Shown here: one piece after another, positions 1 to 8,562 of the stretch
How the letters are laid out: every line of letters starts with the position of its first letter
Position numbering within the stretch: position 1 is the first letter of the stretch
From: an uncultured Eubacteriales bacterium
Lineage (GTDB): Bacteria > Bacillota > Clostridia > Christensenellales > Borkfalkiaceae
Assembly: GCA_902767225.1 (NCBI GenBank)
Contig: CACXGN010000015.1
Span: forward strand, 29,526-93,525
Reading direction: 5' to 3'
Length of the DNA stretch: 64,000 nucleotides
Translations under genes and position numbers: made by a program
Notes under the pieces: generated by a model
Told to the model about the DNA's origin: nothing
Seen by the model: the letters and a program-made list of their open reading frames with translations, nothing else
Databases searched by the model: none

Positions 1-368
1 TTTATCACCTGATTGTTTTCCTTTTCTCCGCCGAGAAGATCTTCGTCCGGAATATTCGGTATAGCCGCAAGGGTATTGAATATTTCGGTGCTTATACTGT
101 TTGCCTTCGCGTCAAGTTCGGCAATTTTTTCGCCCAAAGTTCTCATTTCGGCGAAAATATCATCAACAGGTTTGCCCGCCTTTTTAAGTGCGGGGATCTC
201 TGCCGAAACTTTGTTTCTTTGCGCTTTATACTGTTCTACTTCCGAGATAAGACGTTTTCTCTCTTCGTCCATAGCGAGCACGGGATCAAAATCCGCCTTA
301 AAACCTTTTCTTGCCAAAAGTTCGGTAACTTTTTCTTTTTCGTTTTGAATTCTTCGTAAATCTAACAT
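1..368 (-). CDS. serS: seryl-tRNA synthetase, N-terminal part (gene continues beyond the left edge)
   Basis: Missing from the ORF track because it is truncated. My reverse-strand translation from ATG (368-366) reads MLDLRRIQNEKEKVTELLARKGFKADFDPVLAMDEERKRLISEVEQYKAQRNKVSAEIPALKKAGKPVDDIF..., the coiled-coil tRNA-binding arm of bacterial SerRS. The + ORF 13..348 is its low-complexity shadow. Confidence 0.8.
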   Translation of the reverse strand, partial: MLDLRRIQNEKEKVTELLARKGFKADFDPVLAMDEERKRLISEVEQYKAQRNKVSAEIPALKKAGKPVDDIFAEMRTLGEKIAELDAKANSISTEIFNTLAAIPNIPDEDLLGGEKENNQVI

Positions 369-541
369 ACGTCTCTCCAAAATAAGTTAATTCAATTATA
401 GTCTTAATATCGAAAAAAATCAAATATATAAAATTCTTTTTTATAATTTTTATCAATTTTGAAAATTTTTATCGTTTTTCGTTCACTTTATATCAAAATA
501 TGATATAATTTAACTATAAATGTTGAAAGGGAAAGTTCTTT

Positions 542-1303
542 ATGTTAAAAGAAAGATTGCAACTTATAAAAGAATTTATCGATAGATACGGGAAGGTCGA
601 ATTTCGGGAAATAGAAGATGCTTTTCCCGACGTTTCTTCTATGACGTTAAGGCGCGACCTTATAAGGCTTGAAGAAAACAACGCGATAATCCGAATTTCC
701 GGCGGGGCGATTTCTGTTGACAGCGTGCTTAAAGCAAAAGACGCGGACTTTGCCGAGCGCATAAATTATAACGTTGCCGAAAAGCTTGAAATCGCGGAAA
801 AGGCTGTAACGCTCGTTGAACCGAAAAGTTGTATTTTTATCGACGGCGGATCGACCACCACGTATTTTGCGAGAGCTCTTCCGGACGAAAGTTATTACGT
901 TGTGACCAACGCGCTTACCATTGCCGAAACCGTGCTTAGAAGAGAGAGACCGACCGTCGCGCTTTTAGGCGGGGATTTAAAAAAGAACACGTTTATCACC
1001 GTCGGAAAAAGTTGCTTGGAATTTATCGATACGATAAATATCCAGACTGCCGTTATGACGACGACGGGGTTTATTAAAGACAAAGGGCATTTTACTTGCG
1101 GAAGTCAGTCTGAAAGCGACGTTAAAAGGGCGGTAATAAAAAAGGCGCAAAACGTGATTATGCTTTTAGACTCTTCTAAGGTAGATAAAAACGCGCCATA
1201 CACTTTTGCGGATATAGAAGACGTAAACTGTATGGTAGTGGATAAAAGATTTCCGAAAGAATTAAAAGCCGAAATTGAAGAGAAGGGAATAAAAGTGTAT
1301 TAA
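542..1303 (+). CDS. DeoR/GlpR-family transcriptional regulator
   Basis: 253 aa. N-terminal winged HTH (FREIEDAFPDVSSMTLRRDLIRLEE) and a DeoR-type C-terminal effector domain. Divergent from serS. Confidence 0.8.
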   Translation: MLKERLQLIKEFIDRYGKVEFREIEDAFPDVSSMTLRRDLIRLEENNAIIRISGGAISVDSVLKAKDADFAERINYNVAEKLEIAEKAVTLVEPKSCIFIDGGSTTTYFARALPDESYYVVTNALTIAETVLRRERPTVALLGGDLKKNTFITVGKSCLEFIDTINIQTAVMTTTGFIKDKGHFTCGSQSESDVKRAVIKKAQNVIMLLDSSKVDKNAPYTFADIEDVNCMVVDKRFPKELKAEIEEKGIKVY

Positions 1304-1359
1304 GAACACTTGCCAAACACTCATAAAAAATGGTATTATAATAACCCAATAGGTATATT

Positions 1360-1998
1360 ATGTTTAAAAAACTAAGGGCGGATATAAACGCCGCAAAACA
1401 AAACGATCCGGCGGCGAGAAATAAGTTTGAGATATTTTTGACGTATTCGGGAGTAAAGGCGCTGTTCTGGCACAGATGGGCTAACTTTTTATACAGAATA
1501 AAACTTAAACTTCTTGCGAGAATAACCAGTCAGTATGCGAAATGGCGCACGGGGATTGAAATTCACCCTGCGGCAAAGATCGCGCCGGGCGTGTTTATCG
1601 ATCACGGCGCCGGTGTGGTTATCGGCGAAACTTCGGAAATCGAAGAAGGCGTCGTTATCTATCAGGGCGTTACTCTCGGCGGAACGGGTAAAGAAAAAGG
1701 AAAACGTCACCCCACCATTAAAAAGGGCGTTATAATAAGCGCGGGCGCTAAAATTCTCGGCGGGTTCACCGTCGGCGAATATGCGAAGATCGGCGCGGGC
1801 GCGGTAGTATTAAAAGAAGTGCCGGCTTACGCGACGGTCGTAGGCGTTCCCGGTAGAATCGTCAGAATAAACGGCGAAAAGGTATCCGACCTTCAACAGG
1901 AAAAGAGCGATCCCTTGCAAGAAGAGATCTGCCATTTAAGAGACAAAATATTTGAACTTGAAGAAGAGATTAAAGAATTAAAATCAAAAAACAAATAA
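1360..1998 (+). CDS. cysE: serine O-acetyltransferase
   Basis: 212 aa. Left-handed beta-helix hexapeptide core (IHPAAKIAPGVFIDHGAGVVIGETSEI...GKRHPTIKKGVIISAGAKILG). Carries an extra C-terminal coiled-coil tail. Followed by cysS. Confidence 0.85.
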   Translation: MFKKLRADINAAKQNDPAARNKFEIFLTYSGVKALFWHRWANFLYRIKLKLLARITSQYAKWRTGIEIHPAAKIAPGVFIDHGAGVVIGETSEIEEGVVIYQGVTLGGTGKEKGKRHPTIKKGVIISAGAKILGGFTVGEYAKIGAGAVVLKEVPAYATVVGVPGRIVRINGEKVSDLQQEKSDPLQEEICHLRDKIFELEEEIKELKSKNK

Positions 1999-2018
1999 AC
2001 GAAGATTAAAACGAGAAT

Positions 2019-3416
2019 ATGAAAATTTACAACACATTAACGGGTGCGAAACAGGAATTTATCCCGCTTGACGGAAACAAAGTTAAAATGTATGCTTGCG
2101 GTATCACGGTATCGGGCGAGGCGCATATAGGGCACGCTTATCAGGCGTTCATTTACGATGTTATCAGAAAGTATCTCAAAAAAAGGGGATATGACGTAAC
2201 CTATGCCAGAAATTATACGGACGTTGACGATAAAATAATCGCAAAGTCAAACGAAACGGGTATTCCCGCCGACCTTTTCGCGGAAGATATGATCAAAAAG
2301 ATCGACGAACAGATGAAAAGGTTTAAAGTGGACGATCCCGATATTTGGATAAAGGCGACGGACTGTATAGGCGATATAATAGACTTTGTAGACGCTCTCA
2401 TTAAAAAGGGGCATGCATACGCCACCGAAAAAGGGGACGTGTATTTTTCGGTCGAAAGTTTTCCGTCTTACGGAAAGTTATCTCACCGCAATCTTGACGA
2501 CGCGAAAAACGGCGTCAGAATAGAGAACGACGAGCAGAAGAAAAACCCGCTCGACTTTGCGCTTTGGAAATCCGCAAAAGAGGGCGAGCCGTTCTGGGAT
2601 TCGCCTTGGGGAAAGGGCAGACCCGGCTGGCATATAGAATGTTCTACGATGAACAGAAAAACTTTCGGCGATAGGATCGATATTCACGGCGGCGGCAGAG
2701 ACCTTATCTTCCCCCATCATGAAAACGAGATCGCGCAGAGCGAAGCGCTTACCGGAAAGCCTTTTGCGAACTTTTGGATACACAACGGACTTATAAAGGT
2801 GAACGGGCAAAAGATGAGCAAGTCGCTCGGCAACAGTTTACTTCTTCGCGACCTTTTGGATAAGTATTCTCCCGAGACGATCAAGTTTGCATTGCTTGAA
2901 ACCAACTATCGCGGGGATATCAATATAACCGATAATATATTTACCGACGCGGAAAAGCACCTTACCGATTTTTATAACGTGTTTATAAAGGCGGCGGAAA
3001 AGGGTATTGCGATTAAGGGCGAAAATAAAGATATTGACGACGAGTTTAACGCCGTTATGGATAACGACTTTAACACCGCGCTTGCGATAAGCAATCTTTA
3101 CGGATATTTTAAGGCTGCGGAAAAGAAGATTGCCGCGGGGGACGCGTCGGTCGGGGCAGACCTTAATCAGATAAAAAACACCTATTCCATATTCGGTCTT
3201 TTTGTGGAAGACCCGAAAGAATTTACCCTTAAATACGGAAAGAAAGAAACGAAAGAAGAAATCCCCGAAGAAATAGTCGCGCTTGCCGAAAAAATGCAAA
3301 ATGCAAGAGCGGTAAAAGATTACGCCACGGCAGATGCTTTAAGAGCTGAGATAAACGGAAAAGGTTATAACGTCGCAATAAGCAAAGACGGCGTAGCTAT
3401 ATCGAAAAAACAGTAA
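2019..3416 (+). CDS. cysS: cysteinyl-tRNA synthetase
   Basis: 465 aa. Class I HIGH (AHIGHAY) and KMSKS motifs. cysE-cysS gene order. Confidence 0.95.
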   Translation: MKIYNTLTGAKQEFIPLDGNKVKMYACGITVSGEAHIGHAYQAFIYDVIRKYLKKRGYDVTYARNYTDVDDKIIAKSNETGIPADLFAEDMIKKIDEQMKRFKVDDPDIWIKATDCIGDIIDFVDALIKKGHAYATEKGDVYFSVESFPSYGKLSHRNLDDAKNGVRIENDEQKKNPLDFALWKSAKEGEPFWDSPWGKGRPGWHIECSTMNRKTFGDRIDIHGGGRDLIFPHHENEIAQSEALTGKPFANFWIHNGLIKVNGQKMSKSLGNSLLLRDLLDKYSPETIKFALLETNYRGDINITDNIFTDAEKHLTDFYNVFIKAAEKGIAIKGENKDIDDEFNAVMDNDFNTALAISNLYGYFKAAEKKIAAGDASVGADLNQIKNTYSIFGLFVEDPKEFTLKYGKKETKEEIPEEIVALAEKMQNARAVKDYATADALRAEINGKGYNVAISKDGVAISKKQ

Positions 3417-3715
3417 TGAAAGACGTTAAGATCACCATCGTAAAAAAAGCGGAACATAAAGACCTTATTGAAAAATACGAAAACCCGATAAGGCACGCTT
3501 GCGAATATAAAGTGGGACAAGTTTTTATTTCAAAAAAAGCCGAGCGTCCCGAGGGGTTCTGCGAAAGTGCGTGGGAGAATATATATCCTTACGTATTCGC
3601 CTTAACGTTCGGTGCAGAAGATTTTTATGACGGATGGATGAAAAACAAGAATTCCGCAATGATTTCTTGCAACGACGGTTTCCGCCCGGTAAGTTTTTAT
3701 ATTGAAAGTATTTAA
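3416..3715 (+). CDS. small conserved Cys-containing protein (TIGR04076-like)
   Basis: 99 aa. The pattern KITIVK...C.YKVGQVF...PEGFCESAW resembles the TIGR04076 family from memory. Its start overlaps the cysS stop (TAATG). Confidence 0.5.
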   Translation: MKDVKITIVKKAEHKDLIEKYENPIRHACEYKVGQVFISKKAERPEGFCESAWENIYPYVFALTFGAEDFYDGWMKNKNSAMISCNDGFRPVSFYIESI

Positions 3716-3736
3716 ATTCGCTTTAAGGAAGAAAAT

Positions 3737-5554
3737 ATGTTTACTTCAAAAGAATTAAGAGAAAAATGGATAAAGTTTTATGAAGAAAGAGGACACGTCA
3801 ATATCGGTGCGGTCTCTTTAATCGGCGACGGAACGACCGGCGTTATGTTCAACGTTGCGGGTATGCAACCGCTCATGCCGTATTTGCTCGGCAAAAAGCA
3901 TCCCAAGGGGACAAGGCTTTGCAACGTTCAGGGATGCGTTCGAACGGTTGATATCGATTCGGTAGGCGACGCTACCCACTTTACTTTTTTTGAAATGATG
4001 GGAAACTGGTCGCTCGGCGACTACTTTAAAAAAGAAAAAACCAAATGGACGTTTGATTTATTAACGCAGGTTTTCGGGTTCGATAAAGATAAAATCTGTT
4101 CGACCGTTTTCGAAGGGAACGATTCTGTTCCGCGTGACGAACAGACCGCCAACCTTTTGATGGAATTAGGAATTAAAAAAGAAAATATTTTCTATCTCGA
4201 TAAGTCCAACAACTGGTGGGAATTAGAGGGGACGGTAGGCACGCCTTGCGGACCGGATAACGAGTGGTTTTATCCGAGAGAAGACGGCAAAGACAGTTCG
4301 GACTTTTTGACCGGAAACAGATATGTCGAAATAGGTAACGACGTTTATATGCAGTATAAAAAACTCGAAGGCGGAAAGTATACCGAACTCGAAAATAAAA
4401 ACGTCGATACTGGATTCGGGCTCGATAGACTCTTGCTCTTTTTGAACGGGCTTGACGACGGATATAAGACAGACTTATTTAGCGGAGCGATAGAATATCT
4501 CGAAAAGGTTTCCGGCAAAAGCTACGATACCGACGAAGCGGCGAGAAAGGCGATGAGAATTATCGCCGACCATACCAGAACTTCGGTTATGCTTATCGGC
4601 GACGTTAACGGCATAACACCGTCTAACACCGGTGCGGGATATATTTTAAGAAGACTTTTAAGAAGAGCCATAAGGTATTGTAAAAACCTTGAAATAGATG
4701 CTACCGAAATGATGGGCGTAGCAAAGATCTTTATCGAAAAGGTCTACGACGAAGCCTATCCGCTACTTAAAGAAAAAGAAGAGTATATCTTAGAACAGAT
4801 AAAAGCCGAAATAAAGAAGTTTGAAGCCACGCTTGCCGCTGGCATGAAGGAATTCGATAAGTGCATTATAGGCATTGAAAGGAAGAACGCGTTTATGTCT
4901 CAAAAAGACCCGAGCTACGTTCCCGAAACGGTTATTTCGGGCAAACAGGCTTTCAGACTTTACGATACTTTCGGGTTCCCGTTAGAACTCACCGTCGAAC
5001 TTGCCGCGGAAAAGGGCTTGACCGTTGACGAAGAAGGGTTTAACACCGCGTTCCGTGAACATCAGGAAATAAGTAAGGCGCAAGCGGCGGCGGCAAAGGG
5101 TGGACTTACCGAAAGAAACGAAATTACGGCAAGGTATCACACAGCAACCCATATTATGCTTGCGGGGCTTCGCAAGATGTTCGGCACTAGCACCGAACAA
5201 AAGGGCTCTAATATAAACGAAGAACGTATGCGTTTCGACTTTAACTGCGACCACAAAATGACCGAAGAAGAACTTAAAAAGCTTTCCGATTTCGTAAACG
5301 ACGTTATCGCTAAAAATATCGACGTCGTAAGAACCGAACTTCCGTATAACAAAGCGGTCGAAGAAGGGGCATACGGCGTATTTAATCCAACAAGCCAAGA
5401 TCAGATCGTTTCGATTTATACGATAGGCGACGTGGATAAGCAAATTTGCGGCGGCCCGCACGCAAAAACCACAGGTGAACTCGGCAGGTTTGAAATAGTT
5501 AAAGAAGAAAGTTCATCTAGCGGCGTTAGAAGAATTAAAGCGATTTTGAAATAA
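3737..5554 (+). CDS. alaS: alanyl-tRNA synthetase, short form lacking the C-terminal coiled-coil/C-Ala domain
   Basis: 605 aa. Class II AlaRS N-terminus (KELREKWIKFYEERGH, FFEMMGNWSLGDYFK). Editing-domain zinc motifs HTATH and CGGPH. The protein ends about 35 aa after CGGPH (...GVRRIKAILK*). Confidence 0.8.
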   Translation: MFTSKELREKWIKFYEERGHVNIGAVSLIGDGTTGVMFNVAGMQPLMPYLLGKKHPKGTRLCNVQGCVRTVDIDSVGDATHFTFFEMMGNWSLGDYFKKEKTKWTFDLLTQVFGFDKDKICSTVFEGNDSVPRDEQTANLLMELGIKKENIFYLDKSNNWWELEGTVGTPCGPDNEWFYPREDGKDSSDFLTGNRYVEIGNDVYMQYKKLEGGKYTELENKNVDTGFGLDRLLLFLNGLDDGYKTDLFSGAIEYLEKVSGKSYDTDEAARKAMRIIADHTRTSVMLIGDVNGITPSNTGAGYILRRLLRRAIRYCKNLEIDATEMMGVAKIFIEKVYDEAYPLLKEKEEYILEQIKAEIKKFEATLAAGMKEFDKCIIGIERKNAFMSQKDPSYVPETVISGKQAFRLYDTFGFPLELTVELAAEKGLTVDEEGFNTAFREHQEISKAQAAAAKGGLTERNEITARYHTATHIMLAGLRKMFGTSTEQKGSNINEERMRFDFNCDHKMTEEELKKLSDFVNDVIAKNIDVVRTELPYNKAVEEGAYGVFNPTSQDQIVSIYTIGDVDKQICGGPHAKTTGELGRFEIVKEESSSSGVRRIKAILK

Positions 5555-5569
5555 AACGTTATTTTTAGT

Positions 5570-5598
5570 TTGACAAATAAAAACTTTTATTATAAAAT
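5570..5598 (+). promoter_or_regulatory. candidate sigma-70-type promoter ahead of the tRNA-Arg locus
   Basis: TTGACA (5570-5575), 17-bp spacer, TAAAAT (5593-5598). Confidence 0.5.
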
Positions 5599-5626
5599 GT
5601 ATAGGCTGTTAAAAGACAGCCTATAC

Positions 5627-5720
5627 ACGCGCCATTAGCGCAACTGGAATTTAGAAGACGGTAAAACTACCCGTCAACCGCACACCTTATTCTTATAAAA
5701 AGGCGTCGGTCTACGGAACC
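5627..5720 (+). repeat. interrupted direct copy of the 5' half of tRNA-Arg (non-functional fragment)
   Basis: 5627-5648 is identical to 5936-5957 (acceptor 5' strand plus D arm). A 54-nt unrelated insert follows. 5703-5720 is then identical to 5962-5979 (anticodon arm including ACG). No T arm or 3' acceptor strand follows. Confidence 0.8.
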
Positions 5721-5889
5721 TCGTCGCAACTCGACCTTTTGTCAGTCGATTGCCCAAGGGCAATCGACAAGACCTTTTTGTCGGTTGCTCCTCTTCCCAA
5801 AAAATCTTTGCTTTTTCTTTTTGTTGCCGTTTCCCTTTGGGAGTCTCGGCAAGAAAAAGCTAAAATCTTTTTCGGGAGCCCTGTTTTTA

Positions 5890-5902
5890 AGCCTTCGGTT
5901 CC
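5890..5902 (-). repeat. inverted 13-nt copy of tRNA-Arg positions 5974-5986
   Basis: AGCCTTCGGTTCC is the exact reverse complement of GGAACCGAAGGCT inside the tRNA (anticodon-stem 3' strand plus variable loop). Confidence 0.8.
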
Positions 5903-5937
5903 TTTCAAATCTGTTAATAAAACCCTTATATTTATAC

Positions 5938-6014
<77 letters not shown>

Positions 6015-6016
6015 AG

Positions 6017-6047
6017 AAAAAAGGCACTCGGAAGAGTGCTTTTTTCT
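6017..6047 (+). terminator. intrinsic terminator after tRNA-Arg
   Basis: AGGCACUC-GGAA-GAGUGCUU hairpin followed by a U-run. Confidence 0.75.
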
Positions 6048-6076
6048 TGCAAGCCGACGGTAGCGTAGCGGACGTC

Positions 6077-6087
6077 ATGGCGCGCCA
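6077..6087 (+). repeat. 11-nt repeat of the tRNA-Arg 3' end (ATGGCGCGCCA)
   Basis: Identical to 6004-6014. The sequence is nearly palindromic, so it could equally be an inverted 5' acceptor copy. Confidence 0.7.
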
Positions 6088-6093
6088 CATAAA

Positions 6094-6131
6094 CAAAAAA
6101 GTCTTATCGCAAAAACGATAAGGCTTTTTTG
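6094..6131. terminator. bidirectional hairpin terminator
   Basis: AGUCUUAUCG-CAAAAA-CGAUAAGGCU flanked by an A-run (6094-6099) and a T-run (6126-6131). Lies 3' of the minus-strand gene ending at 6172. Confidence 0.65.
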
Positions 6132-6171
6132 CTTGCCTGCGGCAAGGAAAATAAACCATAGCCATAAACTT

Positions 6172-6732
6172 TTATTCCTTATAAAAATTTTTAATTATTT
6201 TGTTTTTTCTTTTTGCGTAATTATATGCAACGGCAGTTCCCGAACGCGGTTGATAGATACCAAAACTTCTTTTAGAGTATTTTCTTTGCGGCGGAAGATA
6301 GGTCTTGTTATAGTAAAACAAACAATACTCACTATCGTCTATCATTGCATAGTTTCTTTCAACGTAAGCGGCTTTGCCGGAAACATACTTCTTATTATGC
6401 TCGAACTCTTCTTCCACGCCCAGCAAACTTATTTCCTTTTTTTGGGTTTTTGAAAGAATTTTTTCCCACCTAGCACGCTCGTTTTCTAATACAACGCTTT
6501 CGCTTTTGCAAGTATATTTAATCCTTTTAATATAGGGATATTTTTCTTTTAAATCCGTAACCACTTTATGGCATAAATAATCGAAGTCGCTTTTGCTTCC
6601 GAATAAAAACACGTTTACCTTTTCGTTTACAATTAAATTTTCAATATAGTTATAAACTTCTTTTGTCAGTTCTTCCGTGATCTCGATTTTTCTATGACCT
6701 ATACAGCAACAGGTTTTATATGTCTCCACCAT
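6172..6732 (-). CDS. SLOG-superfamily protein (DUF1273/YpsA-like)
   Basis: 186 aa. CCCIGHRKIE N-terminal motif, FLFGSKSDFD Rossmann-like glycine stretch, ERNYAMIDDSEYCLFYY near the C-terminus. Recognised by eye, moderate certainty. Confidence 0.5.
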   Translation of the reverse strand: MVETYKTCCCIGHRKIEITEELTKEVYNYIENLIVNEKVNVFLFGSKSDFDYLCHKVVTDLKEKYPYIKRIKYTCKSESVVLENERARWEKILSKTQKKEISLLGVEEEFEHNKKYVSGKAAYVERNYAMIDDSEYCLFYYNKTYLPPQRKYSKRSFGIYQPRSGTAVAYNYAKRKNKIIKNFYKE

Positions 6733-6745
6733 AAAAAACTCCCAA

Positions 6746-6764
6746 AGTATTCATTTTGAATACT
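6746..6764. promoter_or_regulatory. palindromic operator candidate (AGTATTCA-TTT-TGAATACT)
   Basis: Perfect 8+8 inverted repeat in the divergent region between the SLOG gene and the XRE gene. An extra half-site AGTATTCA lies at 6799-6806. Confidence 0.5.
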
Positions 6765-6903
6765 CACAGCAAACATTATAGCATATTTTATGTGTTTAAG
6801 TATTCAAAATAAGTTTTTTGAGAAAAATTTATGTGTGTGGCTTTTTAATTAAAATATTTGCCAAGTTTATAATTTATTTGTAAATGAAAGAAAGAGGGCA
6901 ATT

Positions 6904-7203
6904 ATGGGGATTAAAGAAGTTTTAACCCGAATCGGTTATGTCAGAAATAGTGCAAATTTATCGGCAAGAGAAGTAAGTTTAAGAATGGGAATGAGCCCGC
7001 AATATGTTGCCCAACTTGAAAGTGGTAGAATTGTATTGACCGTTGAAAAACTATTGCAAATTTTAGAAATCTGTGATTTTCCGATAGAAAGATTTTTCAG
7101 CGCAAATATAAATGATTATAAGATAGACAATGAACTTAAAGACTTAATTGAGAGTTTGCCGACGGACAAAAAGAAAAACATAATTGAATTTATAAAGAAA
7201 TAA
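6904..7203 (+). CDS. XRE-family helix-turn-helix protein
   Basis: 99 aa. LSAREVSLRMGMSPQYVAQLESGR HTH_3-type motif. Confidence 0.75.
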   Translation: MGIKEVLTRIGYVRNSANLSAREVSLRMGMSPQYVAQLESGRIVLTVEKLLQILEICDFPIERFFSANINDYKIDNELKDLIESLPTDKKKNIIEFIKK

Positions 7204-7259
7204 GAAATTTATAAATAAAAAATTATGATAACCTGCATTCGGTCAACAAAGGAATAATT

Positions 7260-7499
7260 GTGAATATAGACGAAGCAATTAGAAAAAGAATAAACGAACT
7301 TGTAGACGGCAATAAAACAACGCTTACTGCATTATGTTTGAATTCAAATTTAACGCCGTCAACAATTTTTGATTTTATGTATGGCAAAAGTAAGTGCCCG
7401 AAAGTAATAACCATAAAGAAGATATGTTTCGGCGCGAACATTACGCTTGAAGAGTTTTTCGCGCGGGATTATTTCAACGATACGGAAGATATATATTAA
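7260..7499 (+). CDS. XRE-family helix-turn-helix protein (GTG start)
   Basis: 79 aa. Cro/C1-type layout (KRINELVDGNKTTLTALCLNSNLTPSTIFDFMYGK). Confidence 0.6.
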   Translation: MNIDEAIRKRINELVDGNKTTLTALCLNSNLTPSTIFDFMYGKSKCPKVITIKKICFGANITLEEFFARDYFNDTEDIY

Positions 7500-7504
7500 A
7501 AACA

Positions 7505-7535
7505 ACGGCGGATCAATTTTGCTCCGCCGTTTTTC
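7505..7535 (+). terminator. intrinsic terminator
   Basis: ACGGCGGA-(10 nt)-UCCGCCGU followed by UUUU. Confidence 0.65.
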
Positions 7536-7750
7536 GTAGAAGTTTATATTGTTATTTACAAGTATCACATAATGAACTTTGCCGTTATCGGCAAAAAGCG
7601 TGGTTTTGTGGCAATAATTTTACTTGATTTTTTGCCGATAATTTATATTTACAAAATACCTTTGCTTGATTTTTATTTTTTTAATGATATAATATAAACA
7701 CTTTCATAAAAATTTTAGTTAAATATTTGATTTTTTTAGATAAAGCAAAA

Positions 7751-8518
7751 ATGGAAATAGATGAAAAGATAAAAAGGTTAAAAGAGATAATTGACGGTGC
7801 TAAAAATTTAGTATTTTTCGGCGGGGCTGGGGTATCCACCGAAAGCGGCGTTCCCGATTTTCGCAGCAAAGACGGACTTTATAACAACCGCGGCGTGGAA
7901 TTTAGTAAGTATCCGCCGGAGTATCTTTTAAGCCACAGTTGTTTAATAAAAGAGCCGAAAGTCTTTTTTGAATTTTACCGACAAAAGATGGACGCGCGAA
8001 AAATCAAGCCTAACGCCGCGCACGTTTTTCTTGCCGAACTTGAAAGGGAAGGGAAACTTTCCGCCGTTATAACCCAAAATATAGACGGACTTCATCAAAA
8101 GGGCGGTAGCAAAAAAGTATTCGAGATACACGGCACGACCATGCGGAATTACTGTATGACTTGTGGCGCGGAATTCGGCGAAGATTTTATATTCGATTCA
8201 AAAGACGCTATTCCCGTTTGCCCGTATTGCGGCGGAAGGGTGCGTTGCGACGTAACTTTATACGAAGAGGCTTTGCCGGAAAAAGAAGTGCAAGGCGCAA
8301 TAAAATCGCTATCTGACGCAGACGTGCTAATTATCGGTGGCACTTCTTTAACCGTTTATCCCGCCGCGTCTTTTATAAGATATTTTTGCGGCGAGCATAT
8401 CGTCGTAATAAACAAAGATCCGTTATCTATTCGCCTTGACCCTAACAAGGATTTAGAAATAAACGCGCCGATAGGCGAAGTATTTTCCGCTTTGAAAGAG
8501 TTAAGCGAAAATAGTTAA
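7751..8518 (+). CDS. cobB: NAD-dependent protein deacylase (Sir2 family)
   Basis: GAGVSTESGVPDFRS and QNIDGLH motifs. Zn ribbon CMTCG...CPYCGG. I prefer ATG 7751 over the TTG at 7727 given by the track. A candidate extended -10 promoter lies upstream: TTGATT (7666-7671) and TGATATAAT (7685-7693). Confidence 0.85.
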   Translation: MEIDEKIKRLKEIIDGAKNLVFFGGAGVSTESGVPDFRSKDGLYNNRGVEFSKYPPEYLLSHSCLIKEPKVFFEFYRQKMDARKIKPNAAHVFLAELEREGKLSAVITQNIDGLHQKGGSKKVFEIHGTTMRNYCMTCGAEFGEDFIFDSKDAIPVCPYCGGRVRCDVTLYEEALPEKEVQGAIKSLSDADVLIIGGTSLTVYPAASFIRYFCGEHIVVINKDPLSIRLDPNKDLEINAPIGEVFSALKELSENS

Positions 8519-8562
8519 AATAAAGTTTTAAAATTATAAAAAATTTCGGAGGACAACTAAAA

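Noticed and set aside
13-348. Track ORF on the + strand (111 aa, Ser/Phe/Ala-rich)
   Set aside because: Low-complexity shadow frame of the serS N-terminus encoded on the minus strand. There is no RBS.
369-541. Search for T-box leaders upstream of serS, cysE-cysS, alaS, tyrS and lysS
   Set aside because: The upstream gaps are too short (21-170 nt) or absent. None contains the T-box sequence, an AGAGA/GNUGGNA-type motif or a specifier hairpin. No T-box is called.
5599-5626. 11-bp hairpin GTATAGGCTGT-TAAAAG-ACAGCCTATAC considered as the alaS terminator
   Set aside because: No U-run follows on the + strand (ACGCGCC), and it lies just after a candidate promoter. Its role is left open: it could be a 5' stabilising stem or a minus-strand terminator.
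5627-5937. Possibility that the upstream tRNA fragment plus spacer is an intron-containing (group I) tRNA-Arg gene
   Set aside because: Identity breaks inside the anticodon stem (after C41), not in the loop. The 3' exon is never supplied except by the complete downstream tRNA, which has its own 5' half. The roughly 215-nt spacer shows no recognisable P3-P7 core by eye.
7578-7641. Three copies of TTTGCCG/CGGCAAA forming alternative hairpins (7578-7595 versus 7585-7597 with 7629-7641), plus a 44-codon ORF starting at ATG 7572 (MNFAVIGKKRGF...)
   Set aside because: They lie upstream of the predicted cobB promoter and downstream of a terminator. There is no SD for the small ORF and no obvious regulatory logic. 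Noted only as an oddity.
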